Shown here: positions 27,890 to 37,386 of the stretch, piece by piece
Layout of the letters: each line of letters begins with the position of its first letter
Position numbering within the stretch: position 1 is the first letter of the stretch
Source of the DNA: Patescibacteria group bacterium
GTDB taxonomy: Bacteria; Patescibacteriota; Patescibacteriia; UBA10025; JAHIVO01
Direction: 5' to 3'
DNA: 64,000 nt
NCBI GenBank assembly: GCA_034678405.1
Contig: JAXDBW010000042.1
Span: 136-64,135, forward strand
Translations under genes and position numbers: made by a program
The notes under the pieces: model-generated
What the model was told of the DNA's origin: nothing
What the model saw: only the letters and a program-made list of their open reading frames with translations
The model's database searches: none

Positions 27890-27907
27890 TAGGGTTCTCT
27901 GATTTTT

Positions 27908-28531
27908 TTAGTCCTCGTCGGCAGTTTCCCGGCGTTTCCGCTTGCGGGCACCGGTTCCTTTCAGGACGAAGAGTGCGACGATCGGGGCAATAATCCAGAA
28001 TGACTGAGCTGATTCGGTCGCAAATAGCTGTTTGGTTAGCGGGGCGAGCACGTCCTGGACTGTTTCGGCAGGCAAATACGAGAGAATAATACTCACCAGG
28101 AGCCCGACATGCATGATACTGAAGAGGAGTACCTGCCACCAGGGGCCAGCCGTATCGGCAGAGCCGATTGACTTCATCAGAGCTGAGCGGGTAATCACCA
28201 CGAAAAGGAAAATGAAGAGGAAGAGGAACGCCGAAATCTGCACGACGAAGATCTGCCCCAGGAGATTATGTAGCCAATCCTGGACTTGTGGTGAATTGAA
28301 GAATGGCGCATGGTCGACGAGCGCGAGCGAGACGTAGATACTGATCAAGATGACGATAATGCGGTCGCGGCCCAGGGATAATCCGTAAAGAAACGCGGCC
28401 ACAACGAAAAAGAGGATGATAAAAAGATCCCAGGTCGGTCTGGTCCAGTCGATATTTTGCATGAATTGGGCGCTACTCTGCGCGGCGTTTGCCGCTTCTT
28501 GAGCGTAGGCCACAGGAATTAATCCCAGCAT
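27908..28531 (-). CDS. Integral membrane protein (CvpA-like)
   Basis: WDLFII...YGLSLGRDR with about 5 TM segments. Confidence 0.65.
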   Translation of the reverse strand: MLGLIPVAYAQEAANAAQSSAQFMQNIDWTRPTWDLFIILFFVVAAFLYGLSLGRDRIIVILISIYVSLALVDHAPFFNSPQVQDWLHNLLGQIFVVQISAFLFLFIFLFVVITRSALMKSIGSADTAGPWWQVLLFSIMHVGLLVSIILSYLPAETVQDVLAPLTKQLFATESAQSFWIIAPIVALFVLKGTGARKRKRRETADED

Positions 28532-28624
28532 CCTCCGAAAAATTTTTGGTTTTTAATTCGAACAGTTATGAGTATAGCATAAAAAAGCACTTTTTTCAAG
28601 CTATACCTTGTGTGTAACTACTGA

Positions 28625-29746
28625 CTACGACTGATTGAGCTCCTCGAGGAGCTGCTTTTGTTTACGCGAAAGCTTCGTCGGTGTCACCACCTGGACGGTC
28701 ACGAGATGGTCTCCTCGTCCGCGAGTGCGTAAATGAGGCACCCCTTTTTCTGATAGTTTAAACACTTTGCCTGACTGTGTGCCAGCGGGCACCTTCAGCA
28801 TGACTTCACCATCCAGGGTTTCCACAGGGATCTTGTCCCCGAGGGCGGCCTGGCTAAATGAGAGCTCGGCAGTCGAGCGAATATCATCGCCGTCTCGGTC
28901 AAACTGCGGATCTGGCTGGACTCGGACGGTGATATAGAGATCCCCCGCCTGACTACCCCGCACACCGACTTCGCCTTTGCCCGACAACCGAATTGTTTCG
29001 CCGTCGCTGATGCCAGCGGGAATTTTCACTCGGACCGTTTCTTCTTCTTTTACCCGGCCCTCGCCGTTACATTTTGTACATTTCTTCTCGGGCTTCTTCC
29101 CCTCCCCATGACAATCCGGACAAATGCTGGCCGTGCGAAACTGGCCGAGAATCGTCTGCTGGACCCGGGCGACTTGGCCCTGTCCCCCGCAGGTCTGGCA
29201 CGTCTCTATCTTCGTGCCCGGCTCAGCGCCATTTCCGCCACACTTCAAGCAGGCGACGTGGGTATAGAGCGAGATGTCTGTCTCGGCGCCGAAGACCGCC
29301 TCGCGAAACGGTAGCTGCATATCCATCTGGATGTCCTGGCCCGACGTCCGGGCACTCCGCCCACCGCTGCGGCGGCCGAAACCGAAAATATCCCCGAAGA
29401 TATCACCAAAATCACCGAAGTCATACTCAACTCGCTGACCCTGTCCCTGACCACCACCAAATGGTCCTCCCGCGCCACCAGCGGCACGGGCAAAGTCCTC
29501 CCAATTAAACCCCTGACCACGGGCACCGGCTTGCTGCTCATAGCCGGGACCAAACTGATCATAGCGCTGCCGGCGCTCAGCATTGCCGAGCACCTGGTAG
29601 GCACCGTTAATTTCCTTAAACTTCGCTTCGTCTCCATCCGGTTTGTCCGGGTGGTATTTGTGCGCGAGCTTGCGGTAGGCCTTCTTTATTTCGTCTGCCG
29701 AGGCGTCTTTCGCGACACCCAGAATCTCATATAAATCTTTTGACAT
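28625..29746 (-). CDS. dnaJ: Chaperone DnaJ
   Basis: HPD J-domain, G/F-rich region, four CxxCxGxG repeats. Confidence 0.98.
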   Translation of the reverse strand: MSKDLYEILGVAKDASADEIKKAYRKLAHKYHPDKPDGDEAKFKEINGAYQVLGNAERRQRYDQFGPGYEQQAGARGQGFNWEDFARAAGGAGGPFGGGQGQGQRVEYDFGDFGDIFGDIFGFGRRSGGRSARTSGQDIQMDMQLPFREAVFGAETDISLYTHVACLKCGGNGAEPGTKIETCQTCGGQGQVARVQQTILGQFRTASICPDCHGEGKKPEKKCTKCNGEGRVKEEETVRVKIPAGISDGETIRLSGKGEVGVRGSQAGDLYITVRVQPDPQFDRDGDDIRSTAELSFSQAALGDKIPVETLDGEVMLKVPAGTQSGKVFKLSEKGVPHLRTRGRGDHLVTVQVVTPTKLSRKQKQLLEELNQS

Positions 29747-29810
29747 AGTGTTGGACTATCTCCCTGAACCACGAAGTATACGTATTTTATCCCAGACAGT
29801 CAATACCCTC

Positions 29811-30869
29811 CTATAACGTGACTTTCTCTACCTCGGTCTGGACTTTCGTAATCTTGATGAAATGCAACCATTTCAGTATCTGATAGACGAGGAGACTAAA
29901 TGCTTTGATCAGTTCGCGATAGACTATGGAAAAAACATTCAAAACAAAAAATAAACTCAAGGCAAGCAACGCCGGAATAAATTTCTGATAGGGCTGCACA
30001 AACTGATTTACTTTTTTCGTCACAATCTTCCTGACGACTGTATCCATAGTGTCAGACCCGGCGGCCTGGATATCAAACGTGTTGAGAAATTCCTGACGCC
30101 CCTGTGCTACGATTTCGTTGCTGGCCGCATCAAGCCCGGCTTTAATCTGTTCATCCAGAGCTCTGATTTCTGGTGTGACATTGTCTATTTTGTCTACCCC
30201 CTGCGACTTGAGCTGATCGATGCGGGTGATATTAGCGATAAATGCATCGAGGCTCAGATCCTTATCATAGCCGTTGCCATAGACATTTTCGAGTGTGAAA
30301 TTTACGGTGCTCATGCTCGTATCAACTAATCCATTGACAATGCGATCCTCCGCATTGGGCTGATCAATGAAGTATCCGTAGTACATCACCGAGCTGGCGA
30401 GAAGGATGATCGTCACGGCGCCTTTCAGCCCGGTGTCCAGCGTCTTCTGCGGTTTAAACGTCGTGCGCGTCTTCAAGTCGTCATTGATAGACCGGCGCCA
30501 GAGAAGGAAACCAAGCATCATGATAAGCGCGGCAATCAATGTCCAAACCGAAAAACCAAAAAAGACAAAACTGGTCAGTGCCGCCACGATGATTGTGAGG
30601 AGAATCATGAGCCGCTTCGTCACGAGCACCTCCGTCAGGGCCACCATAGCAAACATCAAACAGAAAGCCAGCAGTGTACTAACGACGGTTAGGATATTAT
30701 TCAGACTAAATGTGAAGGCAACATTGTGGAGTGCGTTATTCCACGCGAGCCAAAAGACGGCGGTCGACACAACCATCAGGCCAAACAGCGTCAACACCTT
30801 GTGCCCAGGCTGTGATGGGACGAAGTCTTTGAGGGATGGTATTTCTTTTTTTTCCTGTTCGACGCGCAT
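29811..30869 (-). CDS. Multi-pass membrane protein
   Basis: Five N-terminal TMs, a soluble loop and a C-terminal TM. Confidence 0.75.
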   Translation of the reverse strand: MRVEQEKKEIPSLKDFVPSQPGHKVLTLFGLMVVSTAVFWLAWNNALHNVAFTFSLNNILTVVSTLLAFCLMFAMVALTEVLVTKRLMILLTIIVAALTSFVFFGFSVWTLIAALIMMLGFLLWRRSINDDLKTRTTFKPQKTLDTGLKGAVTIILLASSVMYYGYFIDQPNAEDRIVNGLVDTSMSTVNFTLENVYGNGYDKDLSLDAFIANITRIDQLKSQGVDKIDNVTPEIRALDEQIKAGLDAASNEIVAQGRQEFLNTFDIQAAGSDTMDTVVRKIVTKKVNQFVQPYQKFIPALLALSLFFVLNVFSIVYRELIKAFSLLVYQILKWLHFIKITKVQTEVEKVTL

Positions 30870-30966
30870 GTATTGACAAATGCTACTAATACCAGTAGTG
30901 TACTATAGATTCGGTCAAATTAAAAATCGTACATACCACACATACTTCAAATACAGGAGGTGCACT

Positions 30967-31335
30967 GTGCATCAAGACGGCACACAGTACTATCGTTGCA
31001 TCAAACCGCTAACTAAGAATGCGGTGATATTCTGCGCCGGCCACCAGTATCTACGACGCCTGCCTGGTGCAGGAAGCGTCTCACTGGACAAAACCGGGGG
31101 CGGGGTGATTGCTCTCTCCGATGAAGAGCTGGTCCAGCACTTCGTACCGGTATTTTCGGTTCGATGTACCTATGAGTACACGATCATGCGTGAGCCGGTA
31201 TTCCGCAAGGGTGGGATGTACTGGGCTCGTTCGTCGGATACCACGGACGATGTCCATATCTACCCGGGCCGGCAGGATGCGGTCGTCACCCTTTCCGCGC
31301 AGACTTTCAAAAAACATTTCACCGTGTCTGCCTGA
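30967..31335 (+). CDS. Hypothetical protein (GTG start; two weakly similar halves)
   Basis: TTGACA(30873), AGGAGG SD, terminator 31357-31395; YYRCIKP...F.AG..Y...HF versus VRCTYE...FRKGGMY...HF. Confidence 0.6.
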   Translation: MHQDGTQYYRCIKPLTKNAVIFCAGHQYLRRLPGAGSVSLDKTGGGVIALSDEELVQHFVPVFSVRCTYEYTIMREPVFRKGGMYWARSSDTTDDVHIYPGRQDAVVTLSAQTFKKHFTVSA

Positions 31336-31405
31336 TCGACGGTGTCCAGGCGATCAAAAAACCCGAGCGACTAACTATCGCCCGGGTCTTTTATTGTATC
31401 GGAAC

Positions 31406-31708
31406 TTACGCCGTCCGAAATCCGATTTCCGAACCAGGCGCCTGCGCTTCCTCGATCTTACCAAATTTGTCTTCGTACTTCTTGATATTTTCCTCGAGCG
31501 CCTTATAGATGCGTTTCATATGTCCGGGGCTGGTAATCACCCGGGCATTCACCACGCCGGCTCGCTGATGCGCGTAGACATTCATAAAGTCGAGGACAAA
31601 CTCCTCCTTCGAGTGTGAGACGCCCATCGCGTTTGAATACACGCCTTTCAGGGTCGCGTCATCAATCTTGATATTGATTTGCTGTTGATTATTCTGCTGG
31701 CCATTCAT
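31406..31708 (-). CDS. DUF3467 family protein
   Basis: GVYSN...HSKEEFVLDF...ARVITSPGHMKR...ENIKKYEDKFGKI. Confidence 0.85.
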   Translation of the reverse strand: MNGQQNNQQQINIKIDDATLKGVYSNAMGVSHSKEEFVLDFMNVYAHQRAGVVNARVITSPGHMKRIYKALEENIKKYEDKFGKIEEAQAPGSEIGFRTA

Positions 31709-31835
31709 ACAGTCAGATATATTACTAATAATATCTGTATCATAGCGAGCGACGGAGTATTTGACAAATCGGGCAATTCGCCAGTAGGCTGAAGGTAGAC
31801 ATTGCTCGTATCAATCTCAAACAGTGAGGTGACAT

Positions 31836-32042
31836 ATGCCACATCGATTACCTATAGCGCGCATTGTGTTCCAGCGACGACGCATCATGATCCGGGCTGG
31901 CGCCCGCCGCTTCTCTATCCACACCGGTGGGGTACACCGGATACGCTTCAGCTCGCATGACGAGCCGCAGCACGTCCGCCTCGGACCGCATCATCGCACG
32001 GTGCATCTCCACGCGCCGATCGTCCATGCCATCCACTGCTGA
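31836..32042 (+). CDS. Small His/Arg-rich hypothetical protein
   Basis: TTGACA(31761)-18-TAGGCT, GAGGTGA SD, terminator 32112-32154. Confidence 0.5.
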   Translation: MPHRLPIARIVFQRRRIMIRAGARRFSIHTGGVHRIRFSSHDEPQHVRLGPHHRTVHLHAPIVHAIHC

Positions 32043-32255
32043 GCCACAAATCACCAGTAGCCGGTCTGTGTCTGGCTACGGCTACCCGACGGGGCCGCTT
32101 GGTTCCTCCACCGCCTGAGCTCTTCTCCACATTTGGAGCTCAGGCGATTTTTTTATCCATCGAAAATCATTGACAGGGGCCATGGGGGCACGGTATGGTA
32201 ACTATGTAAATACATACAGCCCTTCACACCCCAAAAAAAATAAGGGAGGTATCCC

Positions 32256-32660
32256 ATGACAGGAGGTATGTCGGCGGCAGATGCCACAGACCGTGCTCAG
32301 CTGAGCATTGATTTTACGCTGCCCACCTTCAGTATCGACGACCACGGCGTCAGCCCATCCGTGAATGATGGTGTCATCATCAATCACATCGAGCTGACGG
32401 AATTCGATGAACTCGCGATTCATGTCGCATCCCATCACATCACCGCATCCCCCGCCACTACGGTTTCGCTATCCGAGATACTCGATGGTACCGTCATTAT
32501 CCGCGCCACGGATGACCGTGATGAGCTCATCCTCTGCAATGCGGATGATTACAGCGGTTCGAAATTCCTCGCCATCCATCAGAGTACTCTGCAGACTATC
32601 GGCGCGCATTTCGGCGTCAATCCCGAGACTATTCTCTCCATCTGTCCCGCTCCGTCATAA
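32256..32660 (+). CDS. Hypothetical protein
   Basis: TTGACA(32170)-18-TATGGT, GGGAGGT SD. Confidence 0.6.
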   Translation: MTGGMSAADATDRAQLSIDFTLPTFSIDDHGVSPSVNDGVIINHIELTEFDELAIHVASHHITASPATTVSLSEILDGTVIIRATDDRDELILCNADDYSGSKFLAIHQSTLQTIGAHFGVNPETILSICPAPS

Positions 32661-32801
32661 GCACGCCGTGCTACTCCCCTACGCACATAATCCACGGCCC
32701 GTCTCAACCATATAGTATGAGCGGGCCTTTGCTATTGACAAAGTACGATACTCATGATAGAATCGCACATTACTACTGTATATGAAACCAAGGAGGTATT
32801 C

Positions 32802-33056
32802 ATGAATCGGTACGCTCTCCTCGTAGTAATTCTCGCTCTTTCGATCTTGCTGCTGTTCGTAACCACGGTCACCGGACCCTTTGGAAAAAACGCACTGGCC
32901 AACTGTATCAATCAGTTGTCCTATGTGGTCAATGATTTTGGTTACGTCGCAGAAAGTGTTGATGGCCGCAATGCAGTCATCAAAATCATCGCGCTCCTGG
33001 CCGCGATCACATCACTGCTCTGCATCATCGTATCAAAACCGCAGGGATCGCACTAA
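32802..33056 (+). CDS. Small two-TM membrane protein
   Basis: TTGACA(32735)-17-TAGAAT, AAGGAGG SD, hairpin plus T-run after the stop. Confidence 0.65.
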   Translation: MNRYALLVVILALSILLLFVTTVTGPFGKNALANCINQLSYVVNDFGYVAESVDGRNAVIKIIALLAAITSLLCIIVSKPQGSH

Positions 33057-33133
33057 CCAGCAGGCACTCATCGGACGAGCGCCTGCTTTGATTTTTATTT
33101 GACGCGAGTAACTGAGATGGGGTAGGCTGGATC

Positions 33134-33229
33134 TGAAATTCGGTCGTCTGACACTACGGCCGAGCTTCATGCTCTATCCCCCCGCGTATCCACTTCTGTC
33201 TGGTTGATGGGTACGCGGGGACTTTTTTT
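33134..33229 (+). ncRNA. Candidate small RNA 1 (promoter-hairpin-terminator, no SD-led ORF)
   Basis: TTGACG(33099)-18-TAGGCT; hairpin TTCGGTCGT/ACGGCCGAG; terminator CCCCGCGTATCC/GGGTACGCGGGG plus T7. Confidence 0.4.
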
Positions 33230-33271
33230 AGCCCAACTTGACAGCGACATAGAACTGCGCTACGCTAGTTT

Positions 33272-33399
33272 CTCACATATAGATCATTCTTTCGGATTTA
33301 CATAAAAGCCCCCCTCTGAGCCTTTTCAGGCTCAGCCCTGCGTGTAGTGGGACCGTGCAGACAGCATTTCCGGATGCTCGAGCGGTCCCACTCTTTTTT
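33272..33399 (+). ncRNA. Candidate small RNA 2 (promoter-hairpin-terminator, no ORF)
   Basis: TTGACA(33238)-17-TACGCT; C-rich stretch; hairpin CTGAGCCT/AGGCTCAG; terminator AGTGGGACCG/CGGTCCCACT plus T6. Confidence 0.4.
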
Positions 33400-33530
33400 A
33401 TATATTGACGAAGAAACGGCGTCGTGCTACTATCGGTAGTTCCGATGTATATATGCATCGGGTTTTCAACACACGCAAAAGCGAACATTTGACATAACCA
33501 ACAAACCCAAACCAATACGGAGGTACATTC

Positions 33531-34544
33531 GTGAAACGATTCAGTATTATGGTGTTATTGCTCGTACCACTGGTGCTCTCGCAGCGCCTCTCCGCCGCCC
33601 CCGATTCGATCAAGGTCACCTTTGACCGTAATGAAGGTATGGCGGCCTGGGACCGGATCGTCCGCATCCAGGGAGATGCCATCGCAGCTATGGTCGGCAG
33701 TCAACTGGCGGACTCAACCAGTATCATTACCGTCATATCAAATGCTGACGGCGTCCAATACCGGACGAATCATCAGAAACAGAATACGGTCATGACTGAG
33801 GAACGGGCCGTCACCGCGACCACCCTGCTCGAGTACTACTGTGCCGATCTCAGCCGAGTTCGCGTCGTGCCGCTCATGAATCAGGCGGACACCGGATCAG
33901 AATATCGGTACATCATTTTCAAGTATGCGAGTCACCGGCCGGGCACGTCAGCGATAGAACCGTTTGGGGGCTCGCGAGAAGCAGTTCGTGAACATGAACG
34001 ACGGTCAGACATAGCGCCGATCCGTCCCACGCCTCCCGTGTCGACTCCCCCGGCCAAATCAACTCCTGATACGTGCTGCACGTATACCGCATTGTGGCTG
34101 GGCACTGGACTCAACTACAGCCCCTTGGAAAAAGTGCTGCCGCACATCCAGGCTGAATGGGGTACAGAGCGACTGCGGTTGATAGCGGCGGTCAGCTATT
34201 CAGTCTACCAGGAGGATAAAAACTTCGCTGGAGACGAGCTACAGGTAAGCTATCGCTCAGTAGCCGGCGGTATTGCCTGGCAGGCAGTACCACACAGCCA
34301 GTTTGACCTGGTGGCGCTCTGGCAACGAAACGAGGAGTATGCCGTCGACTACGGCCGCTACGCCCGCAAGCTGGAAGGGCCGGCCATCGGTATACGACTA
34401 CAACTGACCGACTATCTGGAGATGACCGGTCTGTGGACCCCCAGCGAGGAACAGGTACGCGGCCGCGACGAAGTCGTCTGGGATACCGGTAAGATGTACC
34501 TCGGCCTGTCCGCGTTCATTCGTTTGACAGGAGGTGACCGATGA
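33531..34544 (+). CDS. Secreted protein with a degenerate OmpA-like N-domain, Pro linker and predicted beta-barrel C-domain
   Basis: TTGACG(33405)-17-TACTAT, GGAGGT SD, signal peptide; ISNADG...N...EERA; alternating amphipathic strands ending YLGLSAFIRL. Confidence 0.6.
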   Translation: MKRFSIMVLLLVPLVLSQRLSAAPDSIKVTFDRNEGMAAWDRIVRIQGDAIAAMVGSQLADSTSIITVISNADGVQYRTNHQKQNTVMTEERAVTATTLLEYYCADLSRVRVVPLMNQADTGSEYRYIIFKYASHRPGTSAIEPFGGSREAVREHERRSDIAPIRPTPPVSTPPAKSTPDTCCTYTALWLGTGLNYSPLEKVLPHIQAEWGTERLRLIAAVSYSVYQEDKNFAGDELQVSYRSVAGGIAWQAVPHSQFDLVALWQRNEEYAVDYGRYARKLEGPAIGIRLQLTDYLEMTGLWTPSEEQVRGRDEVVWDTGKMYLGLSAFIRLTGGDR

Positions 34545-35107
34545 AACGTGTAGCATTCCTCTGCTGCCTGGCTGTCCTGGGCATGCTCATCAGCTGCGCT
34601 GAGAAGTTGCCGACGCCGACATCGCCCGATGTCGACACCCTCTATGTCGACGATACGACTACAATCTACGACTCGACCACGACGGCCGATACGCTGATTG
34701 ACACGATCTATATCGATGACACGCTCGTCATCTATGATACGACGATTATCGTGGACACCGTCGGGACTGACACCGTGACGGTCGTGGACACGATCTACAT
34801 CGACTCTACTACCACCGAGCCGTACTGCGGTACGCTCGATAGTAAATCGAAGCAGATCAAGTGGTTTGTCCCGCTCGAGCCGGGCCTGTATACCTTCCGT
34901 TTCTTCGGCTCGACTGACCGAGACAAACCCGAACAGCAGCTGACGGTCACGATCGGTAACACTCCCTGCGAATGGCCGATCGCCAGCCAACCGGAGCTGA
35001 CGCTCACCTTCACTGCTACATCTAGCCGCTGGGTCGTCATCACGGCTAATCCGCCGCCCGCCCGTGGGCACGCGATTCAGATCTGTCTCGAGATCCAGAA
35101 AACATAA
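34541..35107 (+). CDS. Lipoprotein with VDT/IYD/DTT repeats
   Basis: Lipobox LISC, repeated DTLYVDDT/DTIYIDDT units, ATGA overlap with the upstream gene, terminator 35132-35161. Confidence 0.75.
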   Translation: MKRVAFLCCLAVLGMLISCAEKLPTPTSPDVDTLYVDDTTTIYDSTTTADTLIDTIYIDDTLVIYDTTIIVDTVGTDTVTVVDTIYIDSTTTEPYCGTLDSKSKQIKWFVPLEPGLYTFRFFGSTDRDKPEQQLTVTIGNTPCEWPIASQPELTLTFTATSSRWVVITANPPPARGHAIQICLEIQKT

Positions 35108-35241
35108 CATTGCTCATACACACCCATTACCCAGGGGAGGCACCGCCTTCCCTGTTTTTTTATTAACCCTCTTGACATAAGCGACTCAAATAGCGCAGGA
35201 TGGAGAAAAGCGCTCATCAAATGCAGCACGTGGAGGCAAGG

Positions 35242-35382
35242 ATGCCTGATATACTCAAGGTTCTGATCGCGTTTGTGATCGTGGCAGTGGTTGCGGTAGC
35301 CGGATGCGGCGGATTCTTCACCTATATTATCTACTCCGGCAATCGTAAAAATAGCCGTGAAGCAAATAAATCCGAACTATAG
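35242..35382 (+). CDS. 46-aa membrane peptide
   Basis: GGAGG SD, one hydrophobic helix, terminator 35434-35470. Confidence 0.45.
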   Translation: MPDILKVLIAFVIVAVVAVAGCGGFFTYIIYSGNRKNSREANKSEL

Positions 35383-35543
35383 GTTCGACCGCCCGGTCCT
35401 CGGATATAATCGAGGACGTAGTACCATCGAAACAGCCGCTGTGGGTTCTACTCCCAGAGCGGCTTTTTTTATATAAGATGAAAAAACTCGGCCTACTGAT
35501 ATACATCAATAGGCCGATACTCAGATTTCCACAGCTGGCCCGA

Positions 35544-35867
35544 TCAGGCCGGCGGCTGCCAGGTGAGCTTGGCCAGGCGAGCCGCCTGGACGAGCTGCTG
35601 ATACGGGGTAAGCAGTCCGTACCAGCTTCCCTGGGTCTTCTTCAACGACGTGCGTGCGTCATCGATCTGTTTCCAGATACTGACGATCAGGTCGGTCGTC
35701 ACCGTCTGGCCGTTGCTGGTCAGAGCCTGCAGCATCTTCACCGCGATGTCGTGCTGCTCCCGCTCCTGAAGCACGAGATTCTCCTTGGCGAACCGCACGC
35801 TGAGGAATTCCTTAATCGGGATGAGTGCATGGATGGCCTCACCCAGCGTCAGTTTCATTTTCGGCAT
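35544..35867 (-). CDS. Small helical hypothetical protein
   Basis: AAAGGA SD; amphipathic composition. Confidence 0.6.
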   Translation of the reverse strand: MPKMKLTLGEAIHALIPIKEFLSVRFAKENLVLQEREQHDIAVKMLQALTSNGQTVTTDLIVSIWKQIDDARTSLKKTQGSWYGLLTPYQQLVQAARLAKLTWQPPA

Positions 35868-36001
35868 GGTCTGTGTCCTTTCTGCCGTATAGGGGTTTGG
35901 TGATAGTAAGGGCTATGTTATATGACAGGCCAGTATATGCTAAAACCGACCAGCCGTCAAGGACTTGGGTGGTATAGATGAAAAAATATACTGCTCTACT
36001 C

Positions 36002-36445
36002 CTATTTGCTAACCCCTTGCCAAAAGTCCCGGCTCTCTCCCGCATAATATACCAGAGCGGCGGCGAGCGACTGTGCGCTGACTCCTATCGATGAGTGCTG
36101 CGGCGGCAGATATACCATATGGCTCCCGCGCAGATAGCAGCCGGTCGAGCTCCACTGCATCGTATTAACTGATAGCGTTTCATCAAATACCGGACAGTGC
36201 GCCTGCCTGATATGATCTATCTGCTCACACACGAGCACGTAGCCCGCTGGATCATTGCTTTTGATTTTTTTCAATATCGAACGGATCTCATCATCACTCG
36301 TCCCAGCAATGCTCCCACTGATATCAATCACGCAACGATGCCCGATATCCACATACCCAGTCATCGCCCGCCAGCCAAGCCATGCTCCGCCGCAGACGAG
36401 AACAATAACAATCAACCATATGCCTCGAAATATTATTCGTTTCAT
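36002..36445 (-). CDS. Membrane-anchored paralog of the adjacent zincin-like protein, HExxH lost
   Basis: Aligned Cys, DP..Y..VC and GC[FY] motifs; VYYAGE in place of VHESCH. Confidence 0.65.
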   Translation of the reverse strand: MKRIIFRGIWLIVIVLVCGGAWLGWRAMTGYVDIGHRCVIDISGSIAGTSDDEIRSILKKIKSNDPAGYVLVCEQIDHIRQAHCPVFDETLSVNTMQWSSTGCYLRGSHMVYLPPQHSSIGVSAQSLAAALVYYAGESRDFWQGVSK

Positions 36446-36915
36446 GGGGCCAATGGATTATAGTGATCGGAAATCAAGTGCATACTCGCAAAACCACGCG
36501 CATAGCACTCCTGCTCATCATATGATCGCGACTCCTCAAACTGCGACACATGGCATGATTCATGCACAATAATACTGCTCGTCCAGAGGACGTCTTTATT
36601 CGACGTTGATATGTCAATCCGCTTACCCGATTCACCGTTTGACGGCGGACGAAAACAGCCGCCCCACACAGTGCCGCCACATGCGAAATTGGGATTGATG
36701 TAGTGCACCCGCTGGCACACAAATGCGTAGTTTTCCGGATCGCCATATTTTAGCAGGTGCAGCCCTTGCTTAACCGTCGCATTATTAAACTCGAGTATCG
36801 AGGGTGCGATGAAAATACGACACGACGCGCCGGAGTCTATATACACATACTGCCACCAGATAAACCCTCCGATGACTACCAGGGCAATGCTGATGTTGCG
36901 TAGCTTATGACTCAT
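36442..36915 (-). CDS. Membrane-anchored zincin-like metallopeptidase
   Basis: IVHESCH followed by DEQECY. Confidence 0.7.
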   Translation of the reverse strand: MSHKLRNISIALVVIGGFIWWQYVYIDSGASCRIFIAPSILEFNNATVKQGLHLLKYGDPENYAFVCQRVHYINPNFACGGTVWGGCFRPPSNGESGKRIDISTSNKDVLWTSSIIVHESCHVSQFEESRSYDEQECYARGFASMHLISDHYNPLAP

Positions 36916-37369
36916 GAGATGTCAGTTGTTGACGAAGTTGGCTATACCCCTTCTCTGCAGCCCACCGACTGTACTCCACGAGTGCTATCGTGCACAGCAC
37001 CAGCGTATAGTACAGCGCCCCGTACACCAAATAGCTGACTGCGGCGAGTAGATACGCAAGTACCATGAATTGATACCAGTACATCCAGGGGGTCAGTATA
37101 CCTGCGCTTATGCGCAGATCTCGGCGCAGCCGCTGCGATTGCTGAAACTTGAATTCGCCGATCATGGCCGGGATGATGAACGCGGCCATCATGATACCGA
37201 CCGCGACGATGCTGGCGGTAGCACCAATATGACGCGAAATCCAATTGCCAATATGCTCACCCTGACCCCATATCGCTGCCAACGCATAAATAGAAATCCT
37301 CCGCATATGTGCTGCATACACGGCGGTACTATGCATGTTATCAAGCTGAATAATAGTCTGATTCCCCAT
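36905..37369 (-). CDS. Small membrane protein
   Basis: Three hydrophobic segments; operonic. Confidence 0.55.
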   Translation of the reverse strand: MGNQTIIQLDNMHSTAVYAAHMRRISIYALAAIWGQGEHIGNWISRHIGATASIVAVGIMMAAFIIPAMIGEFKFQQSQRLRRDLRISAGILTPWMYWYQFMVLAYLLAAVSYLVYGALYYTLVLCTIALVEYSRWAAEKGYSQLRQQLTSHES

Positions 37370-37386
37370 AAAAAGACAAGTCTCTT

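Noticed and set aside
34630-34815. CRISPR or tandem DNA repeat (recurring GACACG/TCGAC)
   Set aside because: In-frame Asp/Thr peptide repeats inside a lipoprotein; no constant repeat-spacer period and no cas genes.
30873-35470. Integron cassette array
   Set aside because: No intI and no RYYYAAC...GTTRRRY attC structure; the units have their own promoters and terminators.
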